Shown here piece by piece: positions 38,231-48,212 of a DNA stretch of 64,000 bases. Source of the DNA: Limisphaerales bacterium (GTDB lineage Bacteria; Verrucomicrobiota; Verrucomicrobiia; Limisphaerales; DSYF01). The notes below the pieces were generated by a model. That model worked only from the letters and a program-made list of their open reading frames with translations. It searched no databases and was not told the origin of the DNA. The translations under genes were made by a program, and so were the position numbers. How positions within the stretch are numbered: position 1 is the stretch's first letter; the number at the start of each line of letters is the position of its first letter. The DNA is taken from positions 2,426 to 66,425 of the forward strand of contig JBKBTZ010000002.1 in the NCBI GenBank assembly GCA_046290825.1, given 5' to 3'.

Positions 38231-39157
38231 GTGCAACCGCTCCATTGCCACACCTGCAAGCTGACGCCGGAACAGGCGGCGGCGTTGCGGATGCATCTCG
38301 AGCAGGCGGGGTTCCAGTTTCGCGAGGTGCCGCACGCGGCGTTCGCGGCGGACAAGGACAAGGTGGGAGTCGTCTTTTACCAGAGCGGCAAACTGGTCGT
38401 GCAAGGGAAGGGCACCCGCGAGTTCGTCGAGTTCGTGCTCGAGCCGCAGATTCTGAAGCAGGCCCGGCTCGGTTACGAAACGGTGTTGAATCCCGACCTG
38501 CTGCTGCCGCGCCTGGGCGTGGACGAGAGCGGCAAGGGCGATTACTTCGGTCCGCTCTGCGTGGCGGGGGTGTATGTCAACGAGGCCATCGTCCGTGCCT
38601 GGCAGGATGCCGGCATCCGCGATTCCAAGAACATCTCCAGCGACCGCCGGATCGCGGAACTGGCCGAGCGCATCCGCAACACACCTGGTTGCGTGACCTC
38701 GATGGTGCCCATCGGCAACGAGGCTTACAACCGCCTCCACGCCAAACTTGGCAGCGTCAACGCCATCCTCGCCTGGGGCCACGCGCGCGTCATCGAAAAC
38801 CTGCTTGGCCAGCGGCACCGCATGAACCCGCCGCCCGTCCGCGCCATTAGTGACCAGTTCGCGCGCAGCAAGGCGACCGTGGAGCGGGCATTGATGGCAC
38901 AGGGGCGGGGCCTGGAACTGGTCCAGCGCCATAAAGCCGAGGAGGACCTGGCTGTGGCGGCCGCGTCCATTCTGGCGCGGCATGAGTTTGTGACGCGCCT
39001 GGCCGGCCTGAGCCGGGATTGCGGCATCGAACTGCCCAAGGGCGCTTCGAGCGCTGTTATCGAGGCGGCTCGGGAATTCGTGGCCCGGCATGGCGCAGAG
39101 CGGCTCGGGACGGTGGCCAAGCTGCATTTCAAAACCACGCAGGTGGTGACCGGATGA
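38231..39157 (+). CDS. rnhC: Ribonuclease HIII
   Basis: N-terminal TBP-like domain (YQSGKLVVQGKG); GVDESGKGDYFGPL, RDSK, DQF, VAAASILAR, KLHFKT. Confidence 0.93.
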   Translation: MQPLHCHTCKLTPEQAAALRMHLEQAGFQFREVPHAAFAADKDKVGVVFYQSGKLVVQGKGTREFVEFVLEPQILKQARLGYETVLNPDLLLPRLGVDESGKGDYFGPLCVAGVYVNEAIVRAWQDAGIRDSKNISSDRRIAELAERIRNTPGCVTSMVPIGNEAYNRLHAKLGSVNAILAWGHARVIENLLGQRHRMNPPPVRAISDQFARSKATVERALMAQGRGLELVQRHKAEEDLAVAAASILARHEFVTRLAGLSRDCGIELPKGASSAVIEAAREFVARHGAERLGTVAKLHFKTTQVVTG

Positions 39158-39206
39158 CATCGGGTTTGGCCTTTCCGGCCGCGGTTTCGCTGCTACGCTG
39201 CTTCCC

Positions 39207-39506
39207 ATGATCGAACTGACCGGACCCCAGTTGCGTTTCCTGAAGGGCCGCGGGCAACTGCTCGAACCCGTGCTGAAGGTTGGCCACGCCGGCCTGAGTG
39301 ATGCCTTCCTCGCCAGCCTGGATCGGGCGCTCGACGACCACGAACTGGTGAAGGTCAAATTCACCGACTTCAAAGAGGAGAAGAAAACGCTTACGCCGCT
39401 GATGGCGGAAAAAACCCGCAGCCGGGTCATCCTCCGCGTGGGCAACGTGGCCGTGCTCTACCGTCCGGCGGCGGATCCGGAGAAGCGCCGGCTCAAGCTG
39501 CCGTGA
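39207..39506 (+). CDS. yhbY: YhbY/CRM RNA-binding protein
   Basis: LEPVLKVGHAGL, ALDDHELVKVK, VGNVAVLYR. Confidence 0.92.
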   Translation: MIELTGPQLRFLKGRGQLLEPVLKVGHAGLSDAFLASLDRALDDHELVKVKFTDFKEEKKTLTPLMAEKTRSRVILRVGNVAVLYRPAADPEKRRLKLP

Positions 39507-39553
39507 GCTGGGGCGGCCCAAGCCTCAACGCTGACGCTGTCCTTTCGCCAGTT

Positions 39554-40192
39554 ATGGCAACAAGTATGAACGCCAATCCCCTTTCCAAGGCCGACTTTGC
39601 CGTCGAAAGATTGCGCCGCCCCGTTTCCACCGTTTTCGTGCTGCTGATTTTGCTGGGCGCAATTTTCACCCGGTCGGCCGGTCACGCCACGCGTTGGTAT
39701 GAAGTGATGGAATTTGCCGGCTACCTGCTTCTCATGATCGCGGCGTTGGGCCGCGTTTGGGCGATCGTTTACATCGGGGGGCGCAAAACCCGGGAACTGT
39801 GCCAGCGCGGACCGTATTCCCTGTGCCGGAATCCGCTCTACTTTTTTTCGTTCCTCGGAGTGGTGGGCGTGGGGCTGGCCCTGCAAAACCTCCTGCTGAC
39901 CGGGTTGCTGGTGACCGGCTTCCTGACTTACTACGCGGCGGTTATTCGCAGCGAGGAACGACGGCTTGCGGCGGTTCACGGGGCCGAGTTTGAGAGTTAC
40001 GCGCGCCGCGTCCCCCGGTTCTGGCCGCGCTTTCGCCACTACCAGGAGGACGAGGAATTGGTGGTGCGCATCCGGCCCTTCCGCCGGGCATTGTTCGAGG
40101 TCTTTTGGTTTCTGGCGGTCATCGTGGGGGCCGATTTGCTGGAGCGCCTGCATGAGGACCGCCAGTGGCCGGTCTGGATGCTGCCCATTTAG
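39554..40192 (+). CDS. Isoprenylcysteine carboxylmethyltransferase/PEMT family membrane protein
   Basis: GPYSLCRNPLY, EERRL...FESYARRVPRFWP. Confidence 0.85.
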   Translation: MATSMNANPLSKADFAVERLRRPVSTVFVLLILLGAIFTRSAGHATRWYEVMEFAGYLLLMIAALGRVWAIVYIGGRKTRELCQRGPYSLCRNPLYFFSFLGVVGVGLALQNLLLTGLLVTGFLTYYAAVIRSEERRLAAVHGAEFESYARRVPRFWPRFRHYQEDEELVVRIRPFRRALFEVFWFLAVIVGADLLERLHEDRQWPVWMLPI

Positions 40193-40202
40193 CGGGCGTG
40201 CA

Positions 40203-40871
40203 TCAGTTGAACCGGACTTCCTGTTGGACCGCCAACGCCAGCCGCCGGAGGTATTCGTCGCGGGGGATTTCCACTGCGCCGAGCGCCGCCGTCGCGGAGG
40301 TGACCATCTGGACATCAAACAGCGCAAACCCCCGTTCGCGCAGTCGTGCCACCAGATGCGCCAGCGCCACTTTCGAGGCGTTGTCCGTGCGGTGAAACAT
40401 GGACTCGCCCGCGAACAGGCCGCCGGCACTCACACCATAGACGCCCCCCACCAGTTCGCCGCCCCGCCAACATTCCACGCTGTGGGCGTCGCCCGCCTCA
40501 TGCAGCGCGGAGTAGGCGGAGATGAACTCTTCGGTTATCCAAGAGTGTTCACGGCCCGGGGCCGGTGCCGAACAAGCGGCGATGACGTCGCGAAAGGCGT
40601 GGTTGAAAGTCACCTCGAAACGATGCTGCCGAAGGATCTGCGCAAGGCGCCGGGAGGGCTTGAACTGGTCCAATTCGATGATCCCGCGCGGGTCGGGGGA
40701 CCACCAACTTACCGGGTTGGCCGTCCAGGGAAAGATGCCGCTCCGATAGGCCAGCCGCAGCCGGGCCACCGACAGATCGCCGCCCACCGCCACCAGCCCG
40801 CGCCGATCCGCGCGGCGCGGGTCGGGGAAGGTCAAAGTCGCATCCAACCGGGGTGGCAACGTCGCTTTCAC
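40203..40871 (-). CDS. aat: Leucyl/phenylalanyl-tRNA--protein transferase
   Basis: GLVAVGGDL, AYRSGIFPW, WWSPDPR, AHSVECW, FAGESMFH..NASKVAL; GTG start overlaps upstream stop. Confidence 0.95.
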   Translation of the reverse strand: MKATLPPRLDATLTFPDPRRADRRGLVAVGGDLSVARLRLAYRSGIFPWTANPVSWWSPDPRGIIELDQFKPSRRLAQILRQHRFEVTFNHAFRDVIAACSAPAPGREHSWITEEFISAYSALHEAGDAHSVECWRGGELVGGVYGVSAGGLFAGESMFHRTDNASKVALAHLVARLRERGFALFDVQMVTSATAALGAVEIPRDEYLRRLALAVQQEVRFN

Positions 40872-41344
40872 GGGCTGTCCGCTTCGTCGAGTGCCTCGAT
40901 CAGCGTCATCTGGAACGCGCCACCCACTTCCATGAGCGAATAGTCCATTTGCCGCTCGGGCGGCAGTTTTTCCGGCTCGCGTGGAAGTTCCTCCGGCGCT
41001 CCCAGCCGCAACCAGCAGCCGACCCGCACGTCGTTGAGCGCCTGGAGCAGCCATTCCACGTCGTCGCGCGGCACCACCAGCCGATATCCGAATTCAGTAG
41101 AACGCCAGCGGCCCGGTGTCGCCAGCCAGTTACGAATGCGTTCGCGTAAGGTATTGCGCTGTTCGGCCAATGCTTCCCGGAGCAGCGGCTCGTGCTCCCG
41201 CAACGCGGCATCACCGCCGCGGGTCAGGGTGGAGTGCGACTCGGGCACCACCGGGTAGCGGTTCAGGACGGCGATGAGCCAGTCACGCTCAAGCTGGCTC
41301 AGCCGGAACACCAACCGTTGGGGGCTGGCGGAGAGCAGCTTCAT
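40868..41344 (-). CDS. DUF2017-like protein
   Basis: WLQALNDVRVG motif; translationally coupled between clpS and aat. Confidence 0.75.
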   Translation of the reverse strand: MKLLSASPQRLVFRLSQLERDWLIAVLNRYPVVPESHSTLTRGGDAALREHEPLLREALAEQRNTLRERIRNWLATPGRWRSTEFGYRLVVPRDDVEWLLQALNDVRVGCWLRLGAPEELPREPEKLPPERQMDYSLMEVGGAFQMTLIEALDEADSP

Positions 41345-41643
41345 TCGTCCCGCTCCAGCGTGGCGTGCAGATGGTATTGCTGCAACTGGTGAACGTAAAA
41401 CTCGGCCCGTTCCAGGCTTTCGCGGGTGAGCACGCTCCGGCCCTGCTCATGAACCTGGAGCATGTGGAATTCCGCCTTTTGACGGCTCCACCCAAATACC
41501 TTTTGGAAAACGTGCGTGACGTAGCGCATGTAATTGACCGGATCGTTCCAGCAGACCACGAGGTAGCCCGGTTCCAAGGTGTCGCGACTGCCGGTCTGTT
41601 CCTCCAGATTCGGCAGCACGGTGGGCGTCATCGTTCCCGGCAT
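41341..41643 (-). CDS. clpS: ATP-dependent Clp protease adaptor ClpS
   Basis: WNDPVNYMRYVTHVFQKVFG, MLQVHEQG. Confidence 0.92.
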   Translation of the reverse strand: MPGTMTPTVLPNLEEQTGSRDTLEPGYLVVCWNDPVNYMRYVTHVFQKVFGWSRQKAEFHMLQVHEQGRSVLTRESLERAEFYVHQLQQYHLHATLERDE

Positions 41644-41877
41644 GGGCCTAGGATAGAGGGCGCGTTTGGCGTTGTCGAGCGGGCCTGGTGGGCAACGGCA
41701 GGTGAAACTCTCGGAACGAAAAAGACTTGCGCTGATGGACAAGGCCCCAAATGTGACTGCCGCGCCGCAAAAGTTCCCGCCCGCATTTTGTTGTTTGAGC
41801 AGCGGAATATTCCGTTGACATCAAAGGGGTTCGACCTAAAGTGGCTTCGGAAAAGCTCGGTGAAAGCCCCTGCGATT

Positions 41878-42726
41878 ATGAAAAATATTTCCTCGCTCCC
41901 CAAGCTGCTGGCCTTCGCGTTTTTGTCCGCTGCGCTGGTTGCCTCTGCCGCGGCCCAGCAAATGGCCCAAGGCACCGCCAAGGTGGTCCGAATCAAAGGT
42001 TCCGCGCGCTACGCCACCGCCAACAACGTCTGGCAGCCGCTGAAAGTCGGCGATGTGTTGCAACCCGGCACCATCGTCCAGACCGCTGAGAAATCCCGCG
42101 TGGACATCGTGCTTGGCGATCCCGAGGCGAAGCCCAGCGAAACGGTGTGGGGCGAAATGCTCTCCTACCAACCGGTTGCCGAACAAAATTTCATCCGACT
42201 CTGGGAGAATACGGTCCTCTCAATTGACAAACTCGTCGCCGCCAACACCGGCACCGACATGATTACCGAGACGCAGCTTGATCTGAAGACCGGCCGTCTG
42301 TTTGGCACGGTGAAGAAGGTGTCGGCCGCCTCCAAATACGAAGTGAAAATTCCCAACGGTGTCGCCGGCGTGCGCGGCACCATTTACACCATCTCTTCGG
42401 ATGGCATCATTCAGGTGCTCGTCGGGTCGGTGGTCGTCGCCTACGTGGATGGCTCCGGCAACGTTGTCACCCAGGTGGTCATTGGCGGGCAGCAGTTCGA
42501 CACGCGGACCGGCCAAATTTCGCCGATCCCCGACTTTGACCAAAAGCGCATGGTCCGCGACGCCAAGGATGCCCGCATCGGTCCGAATACGCCGCCGACC
42601 ACTTTCGTGCAGGACAACACCACCTACTACGTGTCGCCGCGCCAGGGCTTCAACGGCAACATGGGCACCAGCACGCCGGGTGGTGGTGGTGGCGGTGGTC
42701 CGGAAGTCTCCAAGCCTTCCAAATAA
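41878..42726 (+). CDS. Secreted FecR-domain protein
   Basis: Signal peptide; WQPLKVGDVL..VQTAEKSRV, LDLKTGRLFG, EVKIPNGVAGVRGT; upstream promoter TTGACA-N16-TAAAGT at 41815-41842. Confidence 0.85.
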   Translation: MKNISSLPKLLAFAFLSAALVASAAAQQMAQGTAKVVRIKGSARYATANNVWQPLKVGDVLQPGTIVQTAEKSRVDIVLGDPEAKPSETVWGEMLSYQPVAEQNFIRLWENTVLSIDKLVAANTGTDMITETQLDLKTGRLFGTVKKVSAASKYEVKIPNGVAGVRGTIYTISSDGIIQVLVGSVVVAYVDGSGNVVTQVVIGGQQFDTRTGQISPIPDFDQKRMVRDAKDARIGPNTPPTTFVQDNTTYYVSPRQGFNGNMGTSTPGGGGGGGPEVSKPSK

Positions 42727-42742
42727 CGCGACTTTTTCCCGC

Positions 42743-42776
42743 AGCCAGAGCAACCTTGAGTTGCTCTGGCTTTTTT
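42743..42776 (+). terminator. Terminator-like hairpin between the FecR gene and the cyclase gene
   Basis: agccagagcaac-cttga-gttgctctggct-ttttt. Confidence 0.7.
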
Positions 42777-42791
42777 GTTTGTTTCCGTCGC

Positions 42792-45017
42792 GTGCAATTC
42801 CGCCGGCTGCAACGCGCCCCCCTGTTGTTGACGGCCCTGTTCCTCCTGCTGCTGGCGCTCCTGCACTGGCTCCGGCCCGATCTGCTTTCCCGGGTGGAAA
42901 ATGCCACCTACGACCTGCGGGTGCGCGCCTCGGCTACCGCCCGGTCGCCGGTTGCCACCAATCTTGCCTTCGTCTGGTTCGATGACGAGACCGTGCGGGC
43001 GGTGAAGCGCGGCGATTTCGGCTATCGCTTCGGCCTCTATTGGCCCCGTCAAGTCTATGGCCGGGTGGTGGAGGAACTGGCCCGGCGCGGCGTGGCCCTG
43101 GTGGCCTTCGATGTCGTCTTTGGCGAACTGCGCGACGACCACGCCGTCGTTGGTTTCGTGGGCAACACCACCCTCGAATCCGACGAATACTTTGCCGACC
43201 AGATGCGTCGCGCGGGCAACGTGGTGCTCGCCACCACCCCCGAGGTGGAACTGCCCGAGCTGTTCCGCACCAACGCGGCCGCGCTGGGGGACATCAGCAC
43301 CGACAAGGACGCAGACGGCGTGCTGCGGCGGGTCAAGGCCTTCCGCGAAGTTCGCCGCTGGCATCCGCTGCTGCGACAGGTTGAAGCCGACCCGGAATAT
43401 GGCGTGGACCTGCGGCGCGCCCGGTTGCTGCCGGGCAAGCTGGTCCTGCCGCGCGACGGGGTGGAGGACATCGAGATCCCGCTGGACGCGGACGGATGTT
43501 TCGAGGTCGCTGATTTCACCGCCCATCCGCCGCCCGGCTTGGCCCCGAAAGCCAGGCCCTTTGAAGTCGAGCGGCGCTGGCACATGGGCGTCGTTCTTGC
43601 TGCCCACGCGCTGGGACTGGATTTGAAGCGCGCGGTCGTGGACCTCGAGGGAGGCCGGATCGTCCTGCCCGGCACCAACGATTGCGAACGCGTTCTACCG
43701 GTGGATCGCGAGGGTTTTTTCCTTGTGGATTGGAGCATGACGCCGAACCACCCTGCGCTGTTGCGCCAGCCCATGCACCATCTGCTGGCCGCCAATGCCG
43801 CTCGCCTGCGAGGGGAAACGGTGCCTGACGACGGAGCGTGGCGCGATCGTCTCGTCATCATCGGTTCCGCTGTTGCCGGGGGCAACGACCTGACCGACCG
43901 CGGCGCGACGCCACTGGAAAAGGATACCCTGCTCGTGAGCAAGCATTGGAACGTGGCCAGTTCAATCATCACCGGACGGTTTGTCCACGCCCTGGCCCCG
44001 GGCCGGGAGTTGGCCCTCATGATCGCGCTCGTGGCCGTGGTGGCGTTGCTGACCTGGCAATTGCCCATCCGGCTGGCGTCTCTGGCGGTCCTTCTGATCT
44101 GGGTCGGGTGGGTGGGGCTGGCCTTTCTTTTGCACGCGCAGAACCGGCTCTGGCTTCCCTTGGTGCTGCCCACGTTGGGCCTGTTTGGCATCCACGGTCT
44201 GCTGGTCACCTGGCGGGTGGTTTTCGAGCAGGCCGAGCGGCGGCGCGTCAAATCCGTCTTCTCCAAAATCGTTTCCCCCAACGTCGTCAACGAACTCCTC
44301 AGCGCGGAGAAACTTTCCCTCGGCGGGGCGCGCCGTGAGGTCACCGTGCTGTTTGCCGATGTGCGCGGCTTCACCGAATTCACCGATCAGGCCCAACAGC
44401 GCACCGAGGCATTCGCCCGCGAGCGCGGCCTGAGCGGGGCCGCTGCCGAGGCCTTTTTTGCCGAGCAGGCCCGGGATACGCTGGCCACCATCAACCTCTA
44501 CCTCGGGGTCGTGGCCGATGCGGTTAAACAGTATGACGGCACCCTCGACAAATACATCGGCGACTGCGTGATGGCCTTTTGGGGCGCGCCCACCAGCAAC
44601 CCCCGCCACGGTGTCTCCGCCGTGCGCGCCGCCATCGCGGCCCAACGCGCGATTCATGCCCTCAACCAGCGCCGTGCCGCCGAAAATGAGACGCGCAAAG
44701 GCCGCTCCGATCTCGCGCCACTGCCCCTGCTGGAACTGGGCACCGGCATCAACACCGGCCCCGCCACTGTCGGCTTGATGGGATCGGACGCGCACCTGGT
44801 CAACTACACCGTTTTTGGCCGCGAGGTGAACCTCGCCAGCCGGCTGGAAACTGTCTCCGGGCGCGGTCGCATCATCATCAGCGCCGCCACGTTGGCGCAC
44901 CTGCGGAAACACGATCCCACGCTGGCCGAATCGTGCGTCCGCCTGCCCGATGTCGAGGTCAAAGGCATCCGCGGCCCGGTTGAAATATATGAAGTGCCGT
45001 GGCGCCAGGTGGGCTGA
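42792..45017 (+). CDS. CHASE2-domain class III adenylate cyclase
   Basis: WPRQVY..VAFDVVF, DADGVLRR (CHASE2); 3 TM helices; FADVRGFT, DKYIGDC, NYTVFGREVNLASRLE; GTG start assumed. Confidence 0.92.
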   Translation: MQFRRLQRAPLLLTALFLLLLALLHWLRPDLLSRVENATYDLRVRASATARSPVATNLAFVWFDDETVRAVKRGDFGYRFGLYWPRQVYGRVVEELARRGVALVAFDVVFGELRDDHAVVGFVGNTTLESDEYFADQMRRAGNVVLATTPEVELPELFRTNAAALGDISTDKDADGVLRRVKAFREVRRWHPLLRQVEADPEYGVDLRRARLLPGKLVLPRDGVEDIEIPLDADGCFEVADFTAHPPPGLAPKARPFEVERRWHMGVVLAAHALGLDLKRAVVDLEGGRIVLPGTNDCERVLPVDREGFFLVDWSMTPNHPALLRQPMHHLLAANAARLRGETVPDDGAWRDRLVIIGSAVAGGNDLTDRGATPLEKDTLLVSKHWNVASSIITGRFVHALAPGRELALMIALVAVVALLTWQLPIRLASLAVLLIWVGWVGLAFLLHAQNRLWLPLVLPTLGLFGIHGLLVTWRVVFEQAERRRVKSVFSKIVSPNVVNELLSAEKLSLGGARREVTVLFADVRGFTEFTDQAQQRTEAFARERGLSGAAAEAFFAEQARDTLATINLYLGVVADAVKQYDGTLDKYIGDCVMAFWGAPTSNPRHGVSAVRAAIAAQRAIHALNQRRAAENETRKGRSDLAPLPLLELGTGINTGPATVGLMGSDAHLVNYTVFGREVNLASRLETVSGRGRIIISAATLAHLRKHDPTLAESCVRLPDVEVKGIRGPVEIYEVPWRQVG

Positions 45018-45061
45018 ACGGGCGGCGATGGCAGGGGCGTATGCGTTGGGGCAGGGGAGGG

Positions 45062-45137
<76 letters not shown>

Positions 45138-45210
45138 GAAACCACCGCGAGCCGGACGGGCGTCCGGCGCGGCGCGGACAGTGCCACAATCCCGGCCCGC
45201 CCGGCAAGCT

Positions 45211-46863
45211 CTAACCCGTGCTGCCCGCGAACGCCCGCTCCAGACGGCGCAGGATTCCGTCCGGCTCCGCCACGCCCAACCGCGCGATTTCATCCGCGCG
45301 CGCCTGGGTGTCGGCCACCGCATAGATGCGCAATTCGTCCGCATTGCCGGAAGGACGCACGTGCGCCACGTCGCCGTTTGCAAAGTAAATGCGCGCGCCG
45401 TCGGTCGTGTCCAGCCGTGCCACCGCGCCGAAGCCGAGTTCGGGCGTGAAGAATTCGGCGATCCGGCCGGGGTTCTGCGTCAAACCCGCCACGATGTTGA
45501 GGCTTGCCGACCGGGGGAAGCGGCGCAGCAGCGCCGCCCGGCTGAACCGGCGCGGCAAGGCGTCGAACAACGCGCTCATTCGCCACCCCCGCCGCCGCAT
45601 GGCCAGCAGCACGCACAAGATGGGCAGAAACGCATCCCGCGTCGGCAACGCGGGCAGCACCCGCCCGCCCCGCTCAAAGTCCGAGCCGGTCAGGAATCCA
45701 CCGTTGGCTTCCCAGCCGCAGACGCGCCGCCGCCCACGCGCCTGCGCGGCCAGCATTCCGGCGATGACGTAGGGCGAACCGATTTTGGTTTTCGGCTCCA
45801 ACAACGGTTGCAGCGGCCCCCGGTCAATCGCGTCGTTGCAACTGATCGGCACCACAACGGCGTCCGCGCCGAGAAATTCCGCCACCACCATGCCCACCAG
45901 GTCGCCGCCAAAGAAGCGCGCCCGGCAGCTTCCGTCCGTCGCGTAGTCCATCCCGACCAGCAAGGGCCGGTCGCTGTCGCCATCGGTCGAGACCACCGCG
46001 TCCACCGGCCCGTGCGCGGCGCTGGCGTTGGCCGCCAACTGGCGGATTTGCTCCAGCGTGGCGTCGTCAATCGCCTCGGTGTCAATGGGCACAAACGACT
46101 CGCTCCGGCCCGCCGGAATCACCTCGGCACCCAGCGCGCGAAGCAGGTCCACCAGCAGATCGCGCCCGACCGCCGAATGTTGGTAAACCACGAGCCGCAG
46201 TCCGCGCAGGGATTCGTCGGCGAAGAAACTGGTGTAGCGGCGCAGGTAGTGTTCCCGGCCCGCTCCGTCAGCAGCGGGCAACGGTTCGCGCGCGTGCGCC
46301 TTGAACCGTCCCATCTCGTCAAACAGGGAGGTGGCGAACGGCTCGGCGTAAAGCCGCGCGCGCCACGCGGCCACCCGTTCGTTGATCGGCGCCTCGTCGT
46401 CTTTCAACAATTCTCCCCGCGCGCTGTTGGTCTTGTAGCCGTTGCGGTCAAAAGGAATGTGGCTGCCGGTCACCATCATGCTGCCCGCGCCGCGGGCGAG
46501 TGCAAACGCGGTCAGCGCGGGCGTGGGCAGCGCGCCGAGGTTGACCGGGCGCAACCCCGCGTCCCGGATGGCCCGGTGGATGGCTTGGGCCAGTTCGCCG
46601 CGCCCGCCCTGTTCCGGCACCAACCTGGTGGAACTGGGCCGCAGGTCGTGCGCGAGGAAAAAGTCCTGTCCTCTCCGCACCCCGCCCTGTTCCGTCGGCA
46701 GGGACAGCAGGTAATCCAGTTCCGCGCGGGCGTTGAGATAGACCTCCAACTGGGTCAGGTGGGCGACTTCGCCCCGTCGGCCGCTGGTGCCGAATTTCAG
46801 GGGCTGCGGCTCGTAGCGCAGCGCGGCGCGCAGGCTGCCGGGCGGAAACAGTTCATGGTTCAT
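45211..46863 (-). CDS. Phosphomannomutase (alpha-D-phosphohexomutase)
   Basis: FGTSGRRG, TGSHIP, STDGDSDRP, GWEANGG, RPSGNADELR. Confidence 0.9.
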   Translation of the reverse strand: MNHELFPPGSLRAALRYEPQPLKFGTSGRRGEVAHLTQLEVYLNARAELDYLLSLPTEQGGVRRGQDFFLAHDLRPSSTRLVPEQGGRGELAQAIHRAIRDAGLRPVNLGALPTPALTAFALARGAGSMMVTGSHIPFDRNGYKTNSARGELLKDDEAPINERVAAWRARLYAEPFATSLFDEMGRFKAHAREPLPAADGAGREHYLRRYTSFFADESLRGLRLVVYQHSAVGRDLLVDLLRALGAEVIPAGRSESFVPIDTEAIDDATLEQIRQLAANASAAHGPVDAVVSTDGDSDRPLLVGMDYATDGSCRARFFGGDLVGMVVAEFLGADAVVVPISCNDAIDRGPLQPLLEPKTKIGSPYVIAGMLAAQARGRRRVCGWEANGGFLTGSDFERGGRVLPALPTRDAFLPILCVLLAMRRRGWRMSALFDALPRRFSRAALLRRFPRSASLNIVAGLTQNPGRIAEFFTPELGFGAVARLDTTDGARIYFANGDVAHVRPSGNADELRIYAVADTQARADEIARLGVAEPDGILRRLERAFAGSTG

Positions 46864-47012
46864 GGTGTCCGCAGCATAGGCAGCGGTGCCGGTCGGGTCA
46901 AAACCGCGGGCGGAAATTCTCCAAAGCCGCGATTGCCAACCTTTCCTGGCTGTGGAACTATCCGCCGCCCGGTGGCCGGGCAATGGTTGTTTGCGGCCCC
47001 GGTTTTGAAGTT

Positions 47013-47504
47013 ATGTCCGCCATCGCCCTTGATCCCGTCGTCCTCGAGAAAACCCGCGAGTTGTGCCAGAGCATTCTGGCGCAGCCGGTCATGCAGGCCA
47101 TGCGCCAGAACATCCACTCCTTCCTCACCAATGAGCAGGCCCGCGCCCAATACGAATCCGTGATGCGCAAGGGCCGCGCCCTGCATGAAAAGCAACATCA
47201 GTCGCTGCCGTTGACCGGTGAGGAAATCAACGATTTCGAACGCAGCCGGGACGAACTCCTCGCCAACCCCGTCGCCAAGCGTTTCATCGAGGCCCAGGAG
47301 GAAATGCACCACCTGCGGAACTCCATCCACGACTACGTCTCCAAAACCCTCGAACTGGGCCGCCTCCCGCAGCCGGAGGACTTCGCCTCCGAATGTTGCG
47401 GCGGCCACGGCGGCGGGGGCTGCTGCGAGGAGGACCATGACCATGAGCATGAGCATCCCCACCATCACCCGCACGGTCATGGCGGTTGTGGGTGCAACCA
47501 TTAA
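47013..47504 (+). CDS. YlbF/Com_YlbF-like protein with Cys/His-rich tail
   Basis: Helical core (LLANPVAKRFIEAQ..KTLELGRLP); tail CCGGHGGGGCCEEDHDHEHEHPHHHPHGHGGCGCNH. Confidence 0.82.
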   Translation: MSAIALDPVVLEKTRELCQSILAQPVMQAMRQNIHSFLTNEQARAQYESVMRKGRALHEKQHQSLPLTGEEINDFERSRDELLANPVAKRFIEAQEEMHHLRNSIHDYVSKTLELGRLPQPEDFASECCGGHGGGGCCEEDHDHEHEHPHHHPHGHGGCGCNH

Positions 47505-47523
47505 TCGCCCCTGTTTTTCCCAC

Positions 47524-47555
47524 AACGGCCAGCCGGATTCCGGCTGGCCGTTTTT
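47524..47555 (+). terminator. Intrinsic terminator
   Basis: aacggccagccgga-t-tccggctggccgttttt. Confidence 0.8.
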
Positions 47556-47690
47556 GCTTGGGGGCGTGTGCCGCGCGCGGCGGGCAATTTTCGCCCAGTG
47601 TTGGCCAATCTACGACAAGCGCGTTTTGTCGGGCTGGTGGAAAGTGCGTCCGCGCGGTGGGCCGGTTGTCCCCGGCTCCCGCAAAACACC

Positions 47691-48212
47691 ATGACTGCCG
47701 CCACCTCAGCCAAGCAGACCAGCCGGCTCGCCGCCGCTCTCGAACATGCCTCCGGCGACAAGCGCTTCAAAATCCTGGAGGTCCACATGAAGAAGCACCA
47801 GTTCCGCCAGGACGCCCTCATCGAGGTGCTGCACAAGGCGCAGGAGCTGTTCGGCTACCTCGAGGATGATCTGCTGCTGTTCATCTCCGCCAAGCTCAAG
47901 CTGCCGCCCAGCCGGGTCTATGGTGTGGCCACCTTCTACCATTTCTTCACCCTCAAGCCGCAGGGCGAGCACACCTGCGTCGTCTGCATGGGCACCGCCT
48001 GTTATGTGAAGGGCGCGGACAAGGTCATCGAGGCCCTGCAGGAAAACCTCAAAATCAAGTCCGGCGAGACCACGGCCGACGGCAAGGTGTCCCTGCTCAC
48101 CGCCCGCTGCATCGGGGCCTGCGGCATCGCCCCCGCCGTTACCTACGACGGACAGGTCGCGCCCAAGCAGACGCCCGCCGCCGCCCTCGAAAAAATCAAC
48201 CAGTGGAAATGA
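47691..48212 (+). CDS. hoxE: Bidirectional hydrogenase subunit HoxE (NuoE-like)
   Basis: [30 protein letters not shown]...RCIGACG. Confidence 0.92.
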   Translation: MTAATSAKQTSRLAAALEHASGDKRFKILEVHMKKHQFRQDALIEVLHKAQELFGYLEDDLLLFISAKLKLPPSRVYGVATFYHFFTLKPQGEHTCVVCMGTACYVKGADKVIEALQENLKIKSGETTADGKVSLLTARCIGACGIAPAVTYDGQVAPKQTPAAALEKINQWK

